This document shows, piece after piece, positions 38,616-39,625 of a stretch of 39,625 nt of DNA (position 1 is its first letter; each line of letters starts with the position of its first letter). The notes under the pieces were generated by a model, which worked only from the letters and a program-made list of their open reading frames with translations, had not been told where the DNA came from and searched no databases. The stretch spans positions 1-39,625 of the forward strand of contig JBDRYB010000017.1 in the NCBI GenBank assembly GCA_039803205.1, written 5' to 3'. Made by a program: the position numbers and the translations under genes. The stretch is from a candidate division WOR-3 bacterium (GTDB lineage: Bacteria; Hydrothermota; Hydrothermia; JBDRYB01).

Positions 38616-38977
38616 GGGAACATTATTTTGCCAGGGGGCATGATATTTCAATCTGCAAATTACTTTACATAATATCTCTTATGTTAACTAATATGGGGAT
38701 CAATCGTGCCAACCATTTCCAAGTGGTGAGAGAATTCCTCTCTGTGTGCGGGTTTCAACCCCTTGCACGATAAGGGTCTCCCCGCTCTCTTTGTGAGAAA
38801 CCTTGTGAAAAAACTCTGAATAAACCCCGCGGATGCGCAGTTATCTTCTCGATCAACATAGCCATATCGGATCGTTCATCCTCTTGAGCAACAAGGACTT
38901 AACGCGTCAAATCTAGAGCGATTTGTAGGATTGAACCACAGGTTTCGCGCGCAGGATAGACGCTTTCGTGCACGAGC

Positions 38978-39409
38978 CTAGAACACGAGAAAAGCCGCTA
39001 TGATGAAGGGCGTGATCGCCAAAGAGTATCCCAAACAGAAGTAAGGGATGCTCTTCTCGGTCATGGTTCCATAAGTTTGCGTTCCACCGGGCTCGTAGGT
39101 CTCCACCCACCTGTCTCCCTCCCAGTGGCCCTCCACCCTGGCTGGTCTCTCAACCTCGTAGGTTTCCTCCTCCCCATACATGAGGACCTTGGTATATTCA
39201 AACCCAGCAAAAGCGGCCCCACATCCGAACCCAATGGCAGAGGCAGTAAGCGGAACCTTCAACGAGCTATCGGCGGGGTCCTTGTAAAGCCATACCGCGC
39301 CAGCTGTCAGGGTTCCAGCGAGACAACCCAAGCCCAAGCCTCTCCCGAGCGCCTTTTTCTCAGGGGTTGTGCCTGCGGCCAAAATCACGGCTATGAAAAA
39401 GATGTTCAT
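38978..39409 (-). CDS. Hypothetical membrane protein
   Basis: Several Gly-rich hydrophobic segments; TATAAT upstream. Confidence 0.6.
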   Translation of the reverse strand: MNIFFIAVILAAGTTPEKKALGRGLGLGCLAGTLTAGAVWLYKDPADSSLKVPLTASAIGFGCGAAFAGFEYTKVLMYGEEETYEVERPARVEGHWEGDRWVETYEPGGTQTYGTMTEKSIPYFCLGYSLAITPFIIAAFLVF

Positions 39410-39579
39410 AGATAAATACAATTATACAGCCTCTTGCTCACCGAAATCAAACCAAAGCCTCCAGAAGGTTCAGTCCGGTTTTCCGGGCACAGCTGGCTCG
39501 GATTCGGCCTTTGGATTAGAATATGGGCCACCTCCTCTGAGAGGTATGGAAAAAATGGAAAGATGAAAGGAGATGGCCC

Positions 39580-39625
39580 ATGAACATCACGATCACTAGG
39601 ACCGTGAGCATCCAGATAGAGCTGG
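39580..39625 (+). CDS. 5' end of a CDS running off the window (MNITITRTVSIQIEL...)
   Basis: AAGGAG SD before the ATG; frame open to the window edge. Confidence 0.4.
   Translation, partial: MNITITRTVSIQIEL

Noticed and set aside
2124..39566. Numerous short antisense or overlapping ORFs in the track
   Set aside because: Shadow ORFs of well-supported genes, with no motifs or initiation signals.
39580..39625. TnpB/IS605-like N-terminus (TRTVSIQIEL)
   Set aside because: Only 15 codons are visible, too few to assign.

Overview
A gene-dense window of moderate GC from a diderm bacterium. The protein style (many secreted proteins with a T9SS/FlgD-like C-terminal domain, CTD) suggests an FCB-related lineage such as WOR-3; this is inference only. 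Contents: a partial LVIVD/CTD protein, a probable transposase remnant, an alpha/beta hydrolase, pyrD, and herA coupled to a BtrH-like ORF. Next is a four-gene operon of secreted beta-propeller proteins divergent from a TPR-SARP-like regulator, then tRNA-Thr(CGT), a frameshifted FG-GAP paralog, a candidate sRNA/attenuator, and a Cys/His-rich PadR operon. These are followed by pstS plus a porin under a Pho box, nrfHA-DUF438-cupin, endonuclease Q, comEC, rlmB, and a polysaccharide cluster headed by an XRE gene. Most notable signals: (1) a 14-bp-periodic TACCAGTA array flanked by direct repeats upstream of the XRE/glycosyltransferase operon; (2) pervasive leaderless architecture (-10 box 6-8 nt before the start codon) at operon heads; (3) ultra-short, uncharged N-terminal export signals shared by about 10 proteins, several with a Cys just before the CTD; (4) a SARP-type direct-repeat operator in front of the beta-propeller operon; (5) a promoter- and terminator-bounded ~165-nt structured RNA. 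All product calls come from motif recognition; no database searches were run.
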